Positions 27,588 through 40,527 of a stretch of DNA of 64,000 nt are shown piece after piece. The stretch covers positions 1,116,001-1,180,000 of the forward strand of contig NC_043001.1 of assembly GCF_006345805.1 (NCBI RefSeq), in the 5' to 3' direction. The translations under genes and the position numbers were made by a program. Under the pieces are notes generated by a model. That model was not told where the DNA came from and searched no databases. It worked only from the letters and a program-made list of their open reading frames with translations. Numbering within the stretch: position 1 is the stretch's first letter; every line of letters begins with the position of its first letter. Source of the stretch: Octopus sinensis. Taxonomy: Eukaryota.

Positions 27588-27861
27588 TCATCATCGTTTA
27601 ACGTCCGCTTTCCATGCTAGCACGGGTTGGACAGTTCAACTGGGGTCTGGGAAGCCAGAAGACTGCACCAGGCTCCAGTCTGATCTGGCAGTGTTTCTAC
27701 GGCTGGATGCCCTTCCCAATGCCAACCACTCCGTGAGTGTAGTGGGTGCTTTTTATGTGCCAGATGAGGCTGGCAAACGGCCACAATCGGATGGTGCTTT
27801 TTATGTGTCCCCAGCACGGAGGCCAGGCGAGGCTGGCAATGGTCATGATCGGATGGTGCTT
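27588..27861 (-). mobile_element. RTE 3'UTR/tail fragment flanked by (TA)n on both sides
   Basis: Same tail family as 40528-41237; (TA)n at 27565-27588 and 27862-27884. Confidence 0.85.
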
Positions 27862-28084
27862 TATATATATATATATATATATATTTAAGTTGGTGAATGA
27901 AATATCCTATGTTTATCGTCAGCATGGAAAATTCATTTAATCGAAACCTGGGTAGCAACTTCACGTCAGAAAACATGGTTGAAGCGACCTGTCAAGGGTA
28001 GAAACTCCGGGTTCATGTGTAGAAATTTGTGTGTTGTATATGAATAAATGAAAGAATGGAGTCGAACGAAGATGTTAACAAAAT

Positions 28085-28180
28085 TCCTTTACTCTCGACA
28101 CATGTTTCGAAGACAGCATATTTTCATTCCGAAGGAATAAAGGGTGTATTATGCAATCTTCTCATCAGGAAAGAAAAGGA
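28085..28180 (-). ncRNA. Type I hammerhead ribozyme with intact catalytic core
   Basis: Minus: TCCTTTTCTTTC CTGATGA GAAGATTGCATA..TATGCTGTCTTC GAAAC ATGT GTC GAGAGTAAAGGA. Helix I 11/12 bp, helix II 11/12 bp with G10.1-C11.1, GUC triplet; predicted cut between 28097 and 28096. Confidence 0.88.
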
Positions 28181-28205
28181 GCCTCTCTCAACAAGACAAA
28201 CAAAA

Positions 28206-28280
28206 ATTTCGATGATTGCCTACATGGTAACCAAAGCGATAATTATCGCTTTGGTTACCATGTAGGAAAATCATCGAAAT
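28206..28280. repeat. Long palindrome (perfect 48 bp at 28219-28266, plus 12-bp outer arms)
   Basis: CCTACATGGTAACCAAAGCGATAA|TTATCGCTTTGGTTACCATGTAGG; outer arms ATTTCGATGATT / AATCATCGAAAT. Confidence 0.97.
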
Positions 28281-28659
28281 ATGAGAAAGAGGTGTGAGCT
28301 TGAACAAAGAGGAATCTGTTTGCAGAATATGGCCTCCTTTCATTGGAATAAAGAGAAGATACAAATCTATTGAAATGGTAGAATGGATAACAGATAAATA
28401 GCAGGGTAAATGGTAAACAAAAGAGAAAAGCAACTTACATTGACGTTATTGTTGTTTATGTTATGGCTATGGTTTAACCCTAGGTCAAGTTTTATCAGCC
28501 AGAACTATGATCAAAGTATTCTACCTGTGACAGAATATAAAGAACCATATTTTCTGATCTGTTCCTTTTTGAGCCAGCAGAATAGGATTTTAAGGCAGGT
28601 TCTAGTAAGTTGACCAACTGAATAAAAGTCTACCTTATTAAACCTCGCTCTTATTAACT

Positions 28660-28920
28660 TGAGCTTTATTCACTGACTCAAGCCCCACCCATTTCTTATT
28701 ACCTTAAGCGTCACTCCTTGACTTGAGCCTTTCTCTCAATGATCTGCTGAACGTTTCTCTCACTGGTTTGTGTCTCTTTCATTGTTTTGAACCTTCTCTT
28801 CATTGACTTGATCTTCCTCTCATTTGCTTGAGCTTTCCTCACTGACTTAAGCCTATCTCTCATCCACTTGAGACTCTCTCACTGACTCCAACTTCTCTTT
28901 CATTGGCTTAACTTGACCTT
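28660..28920. repeat. Diverged ~20-bp minisatellite
   Basis: Recurrent CAYTGACTTGAGCYTTCTCT-like units of 19-21 bp. Confidence 0.65.
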
Positions 28921-29049
28921 CATGATATTGGCAATGATCATTCAAAAGGATTTCTCATATAAACACAAGGTCACCCAAATTTGGATGCTGGGAGTGGGAG
29001 CAGTCAATTGTACCTGCCTCAGGAATTAAACCTAATTATTCCTTTCCCC

Positions 29050-30365
29050 ACCCCTCCACAAGAAGGTTGATTTTAGCAGTTATATGATCTTACAACATAA
29101 ACAGACAACTGAATGCTGAAAGGTATTTTAATGCTTAATTTCCACACTCTATCTCATTACCATTTGATGTCAGAATAGAATAAAACTACCTTGAAAAGCT
29201 CAATGTGAAAGATCATTCAACTGTAACCAAGAACCAAGTCTTGACTCTAATAATAGCAATGATGCTTAGCCAGAAATTTAAAAAGTCCTTTGGCCTACAA
29301 GTTAACAATAAGAATGGCTAAAATTACCCAAATACTGACAGACCTACCATTGCTTCTCCTGATTTAGAAATTAACAATCAGAAAGACCAAAGAAATCCAA
29401 ATAGTGACAAACCTCTCATTGATGCAAAAAACATCAAACAAAAAGGAAAGAAGGCTTGCATGAAAAATATCAAAGACAACTGGAAAGGTAAACTCCTGCA
29501 TGGAAAATACCCTAACCGCCTGTCCAAGCCAGATATTGATCAAAATCTAACACACCAATGGCTACAAGGGACAGGTCTGAAAGGGGAAACAGAAGGTTTT
29601 GTTAATGCAGCACAAGATTAGAGCTTACCTACCAGAAACTACCTTGCAAACGCCCTTAAAGATGGATCTGACCCCTGGTGCAGAATCTGCAGAAAATTCA
29701 CAGAGACAATTGATCATGTTGTTTCTGGCTGCCCAGCCCTCACTGAAAACGAGTACCCCATAAGACATGACAGACTAGGGCAGTACATCCACAAGAATGC
29801 TTGTAAATATTACAAAATTAAATCCCATGATAAGTGGTACAGGCTCCATCCAGAGGATGTAGTAAATGACGAGGGCATCACCATCCTTTAAAACTTCCCA
29901 ATACAAACAGACAGAAAAATTGACTCCAATCGACCAGACATTGTGATCAAGGACACAACAGTAGAACTTGTCTGTTAATAGATATGTCTGACCCACAAGA
30001 CCAAAATGTCTCAAGAAAGGAATATGAAAAGCTTTCTCAATATAAAGATCTGCAAATTGAAATCACAAAAATGTGGAGGCTTAGCTCTACGATAATACCA
30101 GTAATAACTGGTGTGTTGGGAATGATAAAGAAGGGAGTTGAGAAGTATATTCAGCAACTCCCTGGTAACTCCAGTATCTGTGAACTGCAAAAGATAACCT
30201 TGATGGGTACAGTCTATATACTACAGAAAGCACTTGCCATCTAAAATGGAATAAATGGGGTGATAATTTTAACATGCATAGCAAAACAAAAGTACCCTTG
30301 CTACTCTTGGCTTCCAGAGGATGCCTGGTACTAAGGCAGCTGAAATAAAGTTATAATGAAAGGAA
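29050..30365 (+). mobile_element. R4/Dong-clade non-LTR retrotransposon, 5'-truncated copy 1
   Basis: WKGKLLHGKY..ETEGFVNAAQD..CRICRKFTETIDHVVSGC (CCHC knuckle)..NRPDIVIKD..IDMSDP..KEYEKLSQYKDL (restriction-like endonuclease). ORF ends at 30243; followed by (GAT)n(AAT)n. Confidence 0.9.
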
Positions 30366-30387
30366 ACCATAAATGATGATGATGATG

Positions 30388-30420
<33 letters not shown>

Positions 30421-30423
<3 letters not shown>

Positions 30424-31232
30424 GAAAAGAAATAGACAAAGTAAAATCCCAACAATAGTTGAGAAGTTCAGGACTCAAAGCAGGGATGGAAGGATTTTTA
30501 ATTGCAGCACAAGGTCAAAGCCTCTCCACCAGAAACCCCTGGAAATACGTAGTGAAGGAAAATACAATAAGTAACTGCAGAATATGCAGTGATGGGGGAA
30601 GAAAGAATAAATCCTATTTTCTCTGGCTGCCCAGCCCTGGTTAAGGAGGAATCTATCCACAGACCTATAAATACTGGAAGCTATGGAAATACTATGGAAT
30701 CACAACAGAAAAAAAATGGTATAGACACACCCCAGAAAAGGTCACAGAAAATGACAAAGCAACCATACTCTGGGATATGTGAATACACACAGGCAGAGGA
30801 AGCAAAGCTAAAAGACCAGATATAAATGTCAGAAATCATCAAGAAAAAATGTCTTCTAATCGATGTGTCAATCCCAACAGATGACAATGTATTTCTAAAA
30901 GAAATGGAGAAACTCTTAAAATACAAAGATCTGGAAATAGAGATAACCTGAATGTGGAGCCTAAAATTAGAAACAACGCCTGTAATAATAGGTGCATTAG
31001 GTATGATTAAAAATCATAAAAAAAAATACATAACCAAAACACCAAGACTTACAAATATATAAAACACACACAAAATAGCACAACTAGGCACTGCAGGTAT
31101 CTTACATAAAGCACTTTCAATACAGTGAAAATAAGAGTACGACAAAAACCCACAGCACATACCCAAGGCACTTAGAGCTGCACTTAACTGTGCAGTGAAA
31201 GCACATGATAAAAAGAAGGCTACGGAATGATA
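30421..31232 (+). mobile_element. R4/Dong-clade element, copy 2 (different subfamily)
   Basis: LRSSGLKAGMEGFLIAAQ..CRIC..SGCPALVKE..ATILWDM..KRPDI..LLIDVSIPTDDNV..KYKDLEIEI. Starts right after (TAA)n and ends in TGATAATAATAAT. Confidence 0.9.
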
Positions 31233-31246
31233 ATAATAATTCTTTC

Positions 31247-31455
31247 TATATTAGGCACAAGGCCTGAAATTTTTGTTTGCAGTCGGGTTTAGTCAATTAC
31301 ATTGACCCAAAAGCTCAAATGGCACTTATTTCATTAATCTTGAAAGAAAGGCGAAGTTGACCTTGGCAGAATTTGAACTCAGAACTCAGAATGTAAAGGC
31401 AGATGGACAAAATCTGCTAAGCATTTTGCTTGGCATGCTAACAATTCTACCATCT
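31247..31455 (-). mobile_element. SINE family E
   Basis: Plus strand shows GGCAGAATTTGAACTCAGAA..GCTAAGCATTTTGCTTGGCATGCTAAC, matching the other E copies. Confidence 0.75.
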
Positions 31456-32451
31456 TGCTGCCTCTATAATAATAATAAGAATAAGAATAATAATAATAAC
31501 AACAACAATAATAATAATGGCTTTTTATATGGTAATGGTTTTTTTTTACTGTAACACAAGACCAGCTTTTTGGGCAAATGGTGTTGGGAATATTATTGAC
31601 CTCAGTTTATTACTGGTACCAATTTCATTGATCACTTTGTCTTCATCCCAGAATGATGAATAGCAAAGCTGGAAAATGAGGAATAAACACTGACAAAACA
31701 TTTAGTTAGCAGTCATTGCTAGCAGCTCACTGCCTGGTAATAGAGGACAAGGATGAGGATGATGATGATGCTAATAGCAAAATGTTAATGATGATGATGA
31801 TGGTGGTGGTGATGATGAACGAAGCAAATATGAAAATAAGGACGATTATTATAATTTTGGTGGAAGTCATGATAATGGTGATTGTGATAGCAAACATAAC
31901 GATGAAGATGATGATTAAAATAATTATTAAAATAACAACGATGATGACAATGACAATGATGATGATGATGATGATGGTGACGAGGATGCTAGAGCAGGTT
32001 GTTCAGAGTTTGCTCTCTCGTAACCTTCTAGTGTAAACTGTGAAGTTGACTGAACTATGAAAACTAAATTATTCTGTAAACAGCAACAACAACAACACTC
32101 CCACCAACAGCATCAGCAGCAATGAAAAGACAAAAACAAAAGCAAAAAAAAAACATACAGAAAAAGGAAATTTGCTGCCTCAGATATGTGCTAAAGTAAC
32201 CAAGCTGTGACGTTTCATTTTGGAATGACAACGGATTACGTTTGATCCATGTTTTATCACCGAAATGTAATTTAATGAGGTGACTGGTTCATTGAACCTC
32301 AACTCCCACCCACCCCACCACTCACAAACAACATAAATGTTATGTAAATAAAGAAAAACAAATAATTCAATAAATTAGATAATATATATAATATAAATAT
32401 AGACATATACAGACACACACATACACATATTTACATTTATATACATACATA

Positions 32452-32492
<41 letters not shown>

Positions 32493-33058
32493 GTATATGC
32501 ACATACATATATAGACATATAGATATAAATATACATAGCCATGTATGCATACATACACACACTCATATATACATCCACACACATATATACATGCACAAGC
32601 ACACGCACACACATTTATGAAATTCATGCAGGTTTCATGGAAATGATAAAATTGCAAAAATATTTGATTGTATGGTGACATTTTATTCAGCTTTCATGGA
32701 AATATGGAAAGACAAGAAGTACCAAAAAAATATTTAAACATAAAAAAAATTGATTCAATAATAATAATAATAATAATAATATAAATCAACAATAAAAATG
32801 CAATAACAAAAATGTAGAAGAAAAACGAGCAATGGGGGAGGGAATCGGGTTATGCTTTGTTATTTTCCTCTGTTTTGTTGGTTATAAACCTGGTTTTTAT
32901 AAAAGATGTATTTTGGAAGAAGTGGAGCGGGGAGCAGAGTTCACTCCGTTGAAGAAACACATAAAGAATGGTATTTACACAAGGATTTTTAATATTCTAC
33001 AAGTCAAAGTGCTCTGTGTGTGTGTATGCATGTGTGTATGTGTAGGCGTGTGTGTATG

Positions 33059-33093
<35 letters not shown>

Positions 33094-33167
33094 TTGAAGT
33101 TCATGAACTTTATTTCTTTCTGAAACCTCTTAAAATTTTATCCATTTATTCAATTAATTTACTACAT

Positions 33168-33465
33168 TGTTTACTTGTTTCAGTCATTAGATTGTGGCCA
33201 TACTGGAGCACCCACTGGAAGAATTTTTAGTCAAATGAATCGACCCCAGGACTTTTGCCAAACTGCACTGGTTTTCGAGAGGTGATGGGGGACAAAGAGA
33301 CACACCCACACCCACACCCACAACGATTTTCTTTTAGTTTCTGTCTACCAAATCCACTCACAAGGACCGAAGCTATCATAAAAGACACTTGCTCAAGGTG
33401 CCACGCAGTAGGATTGAACCTGGAATCATGTGGTTGGGAAGCAAGTTTCTTACCACACAACCACA
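33168..33465 (-). mobile_element. SINE family A (internally deleted)
   Basis: Tail TGTGGCCATACTGGAGCAC and head CTTACCACACAACCAC on the plus strand. Confidence 0.8.
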
Positions 33466-33747
33466 ACTGCAGCTATACTTATTCATATAGTTTAGTAAAA
33501 TTAAGGAAATGTTTTCATTGAATGACCACCACCATCCACTGGAGAGCTGAAAATCAATGAAAGCTGGAATTGTATTTTCACTTTTAAATCAAAAATATTA
33601 AAATCTTTCTCAAAAGAAAAGAAATCCTGTCAGCACTTCCATTTATTATTAAAAAAAAACCCCTCTAATCAGAGTTTAAACCTAAGGAGGTTTAACGCAG
33701 ACAAAATTGCATTTCTATGTACACACACACACATGCACACTCACACA

Positions 33748-33791
<44 letters not shown>

Positions 33792-33803
33792 TAGATAAAT
33801 GTA

Positions 33804-33958
33804 GGAATGGCTGCGTGGTAAGAAGCTTGCTTCCCAGCTCCATGATTCTGGGTTCAGTCCCACTATGTGGTACCTTGGGTAAGTGTCTTCTACTATAGTT
33901 TTAAGATGACCAAAGCCCTGTGAGTGGATTTGGTAGACAGAAACTGAAAGAAGCCCAT

Positions 33959-34005
<47 letters not shown>

Positions 34006-34505
34006 TAGGTATCAGTTAGAGGAGTTTAATACCATTAAGGGATGGTTAAACCCAAGGGCGCTCCTGGTTATTACCTGGGTAGGTAGAGTCCTTTGTAAAG
34101 TTGTATGGTAGCAGGTTATTAGGTAGACCATACTTTTCTTCTCGTGTGTGTGTGTGTGTGAGTGTGTGTCTGTGTGTCCTCCACCACTGCTTGACAACAC
34201 TGCTTGAGCCTGGGTGAAGCCAGCCACAATTGCAGATCTCAGTTGGCAGTAGCAAATATTTTACATCTCTGTAACTTAGCAGTTCAGCAAAAGACACTGA
34301 TAGAATAAGTTCTATCAGCCATTCCTACATTTATCTATCTGTGTGTGTGTATGTATGTGTGTGTGGGTGTGCATGTGTGTGTGTGTGTGTACATATAAAG
34401 GCAATTTTGTCTGCGTTAATGTAAGTTACTGGGCTTGTAAGTTCAACTAAAAACTCTTCAAGTCAGTGCCCCAGCATGACCGCAGTCTAATGACTGAAAC
34501 AAGTA
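33804..34505 (+). mobile_element. SINE family A with a ~140-bp insert in its central microsatellite
   Basis: Head GGAATGGCTGCGTGGTAAG..GGGTTCAGTCCC, (TA)n, unrelated sequence 34002-34143, then body and tail CCAGCATGACCGCAGTC. Confidence 0.75.
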
Positions 34506-34538
34506 TATGATGAGAAATATAAAAGATATATATATATT

Positions 34539-34569
<31 letters not shown>

Positions 34570-35274
34570 GTATATATGTATATATATGCAGACACATTTT
34601 CTTATCTCTCCACAGGTTTATCATGCTCTCCACTCTCCCTCTTCAGCCACTTTTACTGTCTTTCCTCCTAAGTCACTCCTATTTCTATCACATTCTCATC
34701 CCATTCTGATATTTACCAACAAACACACCTCTATCCTTGTTCACCATTCATTACATTTACCTCTACACCCCCTCTCTAGCCCCCTCTTACTCTCCTTTCA
34801 TATTCTTATGAATTTATCCCCCACCCCCAACCCTTCCTGATCCTCTCCTTCTATTCTCTCTTAAACTCATCCTTTTGTACTTTCAGAATATGCTCTGACA
34901 CCACCACCACCACCACCAAAATCTTCCTCTTCCTTCCAACTACTCCCACCCATATACAACGTGCAACAGCCTTGGGCCTCCTCTAAAGCAAGGTGTCTGT
35001 GCACGTCCTTCTCTCCTACTTTAACCTCTCCACACTCGGCATAAAGACATCTCCAATTTGACAAGAGATCTTTCTTTTTGTTTTGCATCTTACTTGGTGA
35101 CCTCACTAATGTTGGTGCCACATAAAAAGCACCCTGTACACACTGCCCAGTGGCTGGCATTAGGAATGGCATCCAGCTACAGAAATGATGTCAAAGCAAA
35201 CACTGGAGCTCATTGCTGGCCTCCACCTTGTTGGATCCTGTCTAACAGTTTAATCGATTCTGGATTGGAAGAAG

Positions 35275-35787
35275 GACACACGCACTCACATGCACGTGCA
35301 CACATCACACACCACATCACACACACACACACATACACCACACACACACCAAACAGCAACACACACATTACACACACATACATGCATGCACACATGCACA
35401 CACACCACACCACACCACACACTACAACACACACATTACACACACACATACACCACACACACACCAAACAACAACACACACATTACACACACACACACAT
35501 GCATGCACACATGCACACACACCACACCACACACATCACACACATACACCACACACACATACTACACCACACAACACACACTACACCACACATATTACAC
35601 ACACATACATACATCACACACACACACTACACCACACACATCACACACACACATACACCACACACACATACTACACCACACTACACACACCACACCACAC
35701 ATATTACACACACACACATACATCACACACACACACACTACACCACACCACACACACATACACTACACACACATACACACACACACA
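35275..35787. repeat. Cryptic CA-rich array with an internal ~115-bp duplication
   Basis: CCAAACARCAACACACACATTAC..ATGCATGCACACATGC occurs at 35349 and 35464. Explains the His/Thr ORFs. Confidence 0.9.
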
Positions 35788-36225
35788 AATCCCATTAAAC
35801 ATAGTATCTGTGTAGGTTGTGGATTTCACCCTGGACTGGCCTGCATGTTGTGTCCTTGAGCAAGATACTTCATTTCCTGACCTTCCATTCTCCTTAGCTG
35901 TAAGAAGTATCCCCCCCCTTCCAGCTGTCCCATGGGAGAGCCAAAAAGGGTGTTTCAGCCTTCTTTTTGACAAAACAATCAGCAGAACCTGTCAAGTCAC
36001 CCTCGTTCATGCATGACGGCCATCGTTTTGTCTCCCCCCCACCCATTCACGCTTTCAATCATGTCTATGACTTACTCTAATATATTTTGTGCCCACATTC
36101 ACACACACACACACACGCACATATAATACATTTGGACAGACAGACAGTCAGTCATTCAGGCGGGCAGGCGGACAGTCAAGCAGACAGTCAGACAGACAGA
36201 CAGACAGATGTACTGTACTCTCTCT

Positions 36226-36640
36226 TTACTCTTTTACTTGCTTCAGTAATTTGACTGTGGCCATGCTGGAGCACCGCCTTTAGTCGAGCAAATCAACCCC
36301 AGGACTTATTCTTTGTAAGCATAGGACTTATTCTATCGGTCTCTTTTGCCGAACTGCTAAGTTACGAGGAAGTAAACACACCAACATTGGTTGTCAAGCA
36401 ATGTTGGGGGGACAAACACAGACATATACACACACACATACACACACACATATATATATATATATATACATATATACGATGAGCTTCTTTCAGTTTCCAT
36501 CTGCCAAATCTACTCACAATGCTTTGGTCGGCCCGAGGCTATAGTAGAAGACACTTGCCCAAGATGCCACGCAGTGGGACTGAACCCATAACCATGTGGT
36601 TCGTAAGCAAGCTACTTACCACACAGCCACTCCTGCGCCT
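36226..36640 (-). mobile_element. SINE family A, near full length
   Basis: Well-conserved head, (TA)/(CA) centre and tail. Confidence 0.9.
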
Positions 36641-37521
36641 GTTTGTTAAATTATTGTTTTTAGTAGTGTGAAATGTATAATATGTAATATTTAATGAGGC
36701 TCACTCCCTGCTTTATAAACAAAAGGTTTCCCATACCAGATGAAGAGTAACCCTTGTTTGGATTAATATAGACAGGCTCTTTCTCTGCCTCCGAAGGGTT
36801 TTCATGAGATGATGTTCAGCTCTGGATTTGTGATGTGAAACTGTTGAGCAACAGACCTTCCGCAGGATAGAAGTAGGCATATTACACTTAACATTTTCAT
36901 CTAATCACCATCTATTTCTGATGACTAGGTGGACTGTGACAGTGTAGATTAAGTACAACCCAGAAGTATTACGACAGTTAAATGTACAATAATGAAGAAG
37001 TCTTTATGTGTCTAACAGAGTTAAACTTCCCGTTTGAGTTGAGAGACTACGAGATCTGTTGAGAGAAGATGAGAGATAAAAAAATGTTGAGACTGTTTTA
37101 AGTATTTATGAAGATGAAAAGGAAAATGCATTAATTGTGCATTATGGAAATAATTTAATATTTGGTATGTTTTAATCATATTATTAAATGAGGATTCGTT
37201 AAAAAACAAAACAAAAATGAACCATTTTATTCAAAGTAGGATAAATGAGATAAAATTTACATCCAAGAACTAATGCATATGCATACAAACATGTATGCAC
37301 ACACATATACATACACACATGTACCTATGTATATACACACTCACAAGTACATATATCTATGCAAGCACACACACACATGCACACACAAGTACATATATAT
37401 ACACACACAAACATACACTTACAGAAACATGCATATACATATGCATGTGTGTATATATATATATACATATGCACGTACATATATGCACACTTGTAAACAC
37501 ACATATATGCATACATATACA

Positions 37522-37608
37522 CACTAACACTTCCGCACATGCTATATACACACTAACACTTCCGCACATGCTATATACACACTAACACTTCCGCACATGC
37601 TATATACA
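37522..37608. repeat. 29-bp tandem repeat, 3 perfect copies
   Basis: CACTAACACTTCCGCACATGCTATATACA x3. Confidence 0.97.
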
Positions 37609-39792
37609 AACTGATCACGCAGTTTTATGATCAGCAAACTGTTGAATTAGATTTTTCTATCCCACCGTTGTTTGATGGTAACCTTGTGACTTTCTCTTTA
37701 CTTTGTAGAGACTGGTGCTTCCATTGCCAGATTTTTCACATTAACCTGGTAATATTCTGTTTGAGTCTGTCTGTAGAATTGGTAGTTTATATCAAGGCAT
37801 TGTCCATTAAATCTAGTGATGTTCTCTCTTCAAACTGTGGAATTGCTGGTTTATCATCGTTCCGTTGTTTGGCATCAACCTGGTGACTTTCCATTCATCT
37901 GGGCTACACTGACATGGCGTTGAATTACCGCAGAAGAATGGAAAAGCCTTCAGACTGTGATAGTTCTGCAATTCACCTTACTCTAATAAAAGCAAATTAT
38001 ATGAACAAATCTCCACACCTTTAAAATTATAACAACATTTAAAAATTAAAAAAAATAATTATAATATAATGAGACAATTTTATAAATGATGGTTATTATT
38101 CTCATACATATCGAAATGATGATGATGATGAAGATGATGATGTTGATGATGATGATGATGATAACAAAGACCATTGTTTTTGCTGTTGTTTAGCCTTAGA
38201 TTAGCCTTGATCTAGAAGAACTTTGATCAAAGGCTTTCCAATAGTGACCATTCCTTCTGCTTTGTGGGGTATAAGATTGCACTATTGATTATGTCTCATC
38301 CATATATTCAAGCTGAAATGTGATGTGAGAGAAGTTTGGCTGCTTTTTCATGCATATCAAACGACCATGTAGAGATATCCTCATTGAGTTATAACAATGA
38401 ACATTCATATTACTTTGTAGCCTAAATCTTGGATTAAACTCAACTGCATCGTTACAGAATTCTTTTAAATAAATTTGCTGTTTGTATAATGAAGCAGTTG
38501 CTGTGCATGGCCAGACATATTTTGGAGAAAACTGAGAAACTGAATGGAACAACTTGCATGAGTGACATTCTTATACAATTATCACATAATGTCAAGACTA
38601 GGAGAGACACAGTCAGGCACTCATACATAGACCTATACACATACATAGATTTGGTGATATAAACAAGAAACTAGAACTCAAAACATGATTATGAGTAGGT
38701 TTCTTTTTAATAATTGACAGAAAATATAGAGTGACTCAAAAGCTGTTAGTTGCATTCATTGGCATGTATGAAAGTGATATTAACAAAAAAAAACATACAT
38801 ATGTATGTAAATATATATTCTCTCTAGTTTCAACTCAGAGCTGCGGCCATGCTGATGCACTGCCGTTTAATATATATATAGTAACAAACTGAGGAAAAGA
38901 GATCCTTCAAAGGGGTATGTTAAACATCCAATTCACCAATACGTCAGTTGGATACCATATAAATATGGTTATAATGCAATTACAAAAATAAATAGAAAGA
39001 TGCTATTGACAACCCAATAATTTATTTATGTTATGATATTACATGTTATACTTTGAATATAATACAACCTAATATTATATAACATAAACAATTATTTAAA
39101 GAAAAGACATAAAAGGCCAACAAATTGTTTTAACTTATATACATCTTCTGATATACATACACAATAACAGTTGCCTTATATATAAACCACTTCAGGGTCA
39201 TGGTTTAAAGATGGACGAAATTCCATGGGAAAAAACGGCTGGATTGTAAAAATGAATTCAAATGTTTATGTATTATGAGCGTAAGAGTTAAGTATTCAAT
39301 CATACATCAATTACAATTGAAAAGCAAAAATACTAACGGATGATACAACCAGGCATGTGCAATCCAGAACCATTGAAATTCAATTCATTACATCTCAAAC
39401 ACATACCAATCTAAACCCTTTCATGTCCAAGATAGTCCCTTGTCACCACAACATACAACAATAAGATATGTGTGTGTATATATATATGTATATAACTAAG
39501 TATCTAAGTCTTCCCCTATGTATAACTACAACAAAAATATATAAACAATTACATCTTCTATACAACAACTCTTCTATTTATTCAAATTAATTGATACAAA
39601 GAAATTATTGTTTAAATTAATTAATAATAATCTTCTATATTTATTGTTTTCTTGGAGGGATAATTCCATATTAAATATGAATAGAAACTGAATAAAAAAT
39701 GTTTTTCTTGTTTACTTAATTTATCATAGGGAGAATTCCGTAATAGACATTAATATAGATTTAAGGCTGTAAATGTGATAACCAAAATATTC

Positions 39793-39825
<33 letters not shown>

Positions 39826-40402
39826 TTAGGCTATAGGAATGGAAATCAAATTTTCTCATTTTTTAGGGGTTACCAGATTTGAAGTTACTTAAATAATGAT
39901 TGTTATTCATATATTATGGAAGGGAGAACTTAGTGAATCAATAGAAATCATTAACACAAACCAAACAAGTAATAAGGACTGTTCTCGATGAACTAATAAA
40001 TATTATTATTTACAAAATGTGGGACCATATATGGTGCATATCCAAACTCTATCAATACTTTCAGAAGTAACAAAAAACATTGTTGTAATAAGAATACAAT
40101 TTATAAACCAAACAATACTATAATAATATTATACAATACTATAATAATAATTTTGGTGACAAGGGACTATCTTGGACATGAAAGGGTTTCAATTGGTGAG
40201 TGTTTGAGATGTAATGAATTGAATTTCAATGGTTCTGGATTGCACATGCCTGGTTGTATCATCCGTTAGTATTTTTGCTTTTCAATTGTAATTGATGTAT
40301 GATTGAATACTTAACTCTCACGCTCATAATACATAAACATTTGAATTCATTTTTACAATCCAGCCGTTTTTTCCCATGGAATTTCGTCCATCTTTAAACC
40401 AT

Positions 40403-40474
40403 GACCCTGAAGTGGTTTATATATAAGGCAACTGTTATCAGAAAATGTATATAAGTTGAAACAATTTGTTGGCC
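40403..40474 (+). ncRNA. Decayed type I hammerhead in the right foldback arm (mirror copy ~39115-39200, minus)
   Basis: GACC CTGAAGT [GGTTTATATAT]..[GTATATAAGTT] GAAAC AATTT GTT GGCC. 11-bp helix II including wobbles, A9>T in the core; the left-arm copy also has GAAA>AAAA. Confidence 0.55.
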
Positions 40475-40527
40475 TTTTATGTCTTTTCTTTAAATAATTT
40501 TTTATGTTACATTATATTCAATGTATA

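Noticed and set aside
31617-31665. Apparent minus-strand exon LCYSSFWDEDKVINEI
   Set aside because: Overlaps a decayed family E SINE core.
35058-35859. His/Thr-rich ORFs of 246 and 189 aa
   Set aside because: Translations of a CA-rich array.
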